Under the pieces are notes generated by a model, which was given only the letters and a program-made list of their open reading frames with translations, did no database searches and was not told where the DNA came from. DNA of 64,000 bases from Dehalococcoidia bacterium. Lineage in GTDB: Bacteria > Chloroflexota > Dehalococcoidia > Plut-88900. This document shows positions 63,287 through 64,000 of this stretch, piece by piece. Location: assembly GCA_965197585.1 (NCBI GenBank), contig OZ240215.1, positions 2,752,001 to 2,816,000 of the forward strand, in the 5' to 3' direction. Position 1 is the first letter of the stretch. Each line of letters begins with the position of its first letter. A program made the position numbers and the translations under genes.

Positions 63287-64000
63287 TTGGTTAACAGACT
63301 CGTCGTTCTCATAGCGGCAACAGTCGTAGCCGTGGGTCTGCTGGTGGGCTGCCAGGGTGGGGCGTCGCTGCCCACAGATGTTCCCGACTCCACGGCCACA
63401 CGCGTGGCGACGCTTACGGCCACATCCGCACCGGCGCATAAGGCTACACACGCACCGACGCCCACGCTGACTCCCGTACCGGCATCTACGGCTGCACCTG
63501 TGCCGATGCCTACGCTGACTCCCGTGCCGACACCAACGCCCAGCCTCGTACCGACACCAACACCCACCCCAACTCCAACGCCCACTCCTACTCCTACTCC
63601 CATCCCACTCGAGGAACGAACTTATCTTTATGAACCCATAAACCCACCTATGGCTCCGGCAATCATGTATTGGGATTGGGAGGCTAATAAGGACCACTTA
63701 AGAGAAATGGTAACAGACTTCACTATACACAACGATGTTGGTGACTGGTCCGACAAACATGGGCATTACTTATTTCTGATGCAAAATCGCATCTCAGATG
63801 TGTTGTTCTACGTTGGACTACAGACGGACGTCCAAGCGCAGGAGCCGCCATATAGACGCGGCAAGGGTGTGATTTTCTCGCGTTGGGGGACCCGGGACTT
63901 GGCCAACGCGAAGTACTCGGAAACAGAGGGTTGGGCCCAGTCGTCGGGGCACGAGGGCGATTTTATCGGAGTGCGGCGGTCATACGACTGGGGCGTCGGA
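63287..64000 (+). CDS. Lipoprotein with Pro-Thr linker, truncated by window end
   Basis: TTG start after AGGA, lipobox LVGC, (PT)n linker, open frame to the end (..FYVGLQTD..IFSRWG..EGDFIGVRRSYDW); absent from the ORF track because it has no stop in the window. Confidence 0.75.
   Translation, partial: MVNRLVVLIAATVVAVGLLVGCQGGASLPTDVPDSTATRVATLTATSAPAHKATHAPTPTLTPVPASTAAPVPMPTLTPVPTPTPSLVPTPTPTPTPTPTPTPTPIPLEERTYLYEPINPPMAPAIMYWDWEANKDHLREMVTDFTIHNDVGDWSDKHGHYLFLMQNRISDVLFYVGLQTDVQAQEPPYRRGKGVIFSRWGTRDLANAKYSETEGWAQSSGHEGDFIGVRRSYDWGVG

Overview
GC-rich bacterial chromosomal segment. Gene content (LLM oxidoreductase, SDR, amidohydrolases, enoyl-CoA hydratase, CoA transferase, LRR lipoproteins) suggests Chloroflexota/Dehalococcoidia (SAR202-like, possibly a sponge symbiont); this is inference. 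Core genes (dnaE, folC, fabF, metG, hisS, polyprenyl synthetase, moxR-DUF58-transglutaminase, ogt) are interspersed with lower-GC cargo (nucleases, toxin-antitoxin remnants, lipoproteins) and eight IS elements (IS1182 x2, IS5, IS481 x2, IS110 x2, IS30). At least five families of short palindromic intergenic repeats are present, and every IS sits in or at one of them. Main result: both IS110 copies carry a readable bridge-RNA-like left end whose target and donor guides match the flanks, and whose right-target guide co-varies with each copy's own insertion site (CTAA vs CTAG). Also seen: a recurrent 21-22 nt micro-insertion inside other repeats, apparent single-strand polarity of the repeats, repeats translated in frame inside DnaE, nested MITEs, and diverged duplicates of gene 3' ends flanking TA cargo. 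No rRNA, tRNA or CRISPR array was recognised. All comparisons were made by eye.
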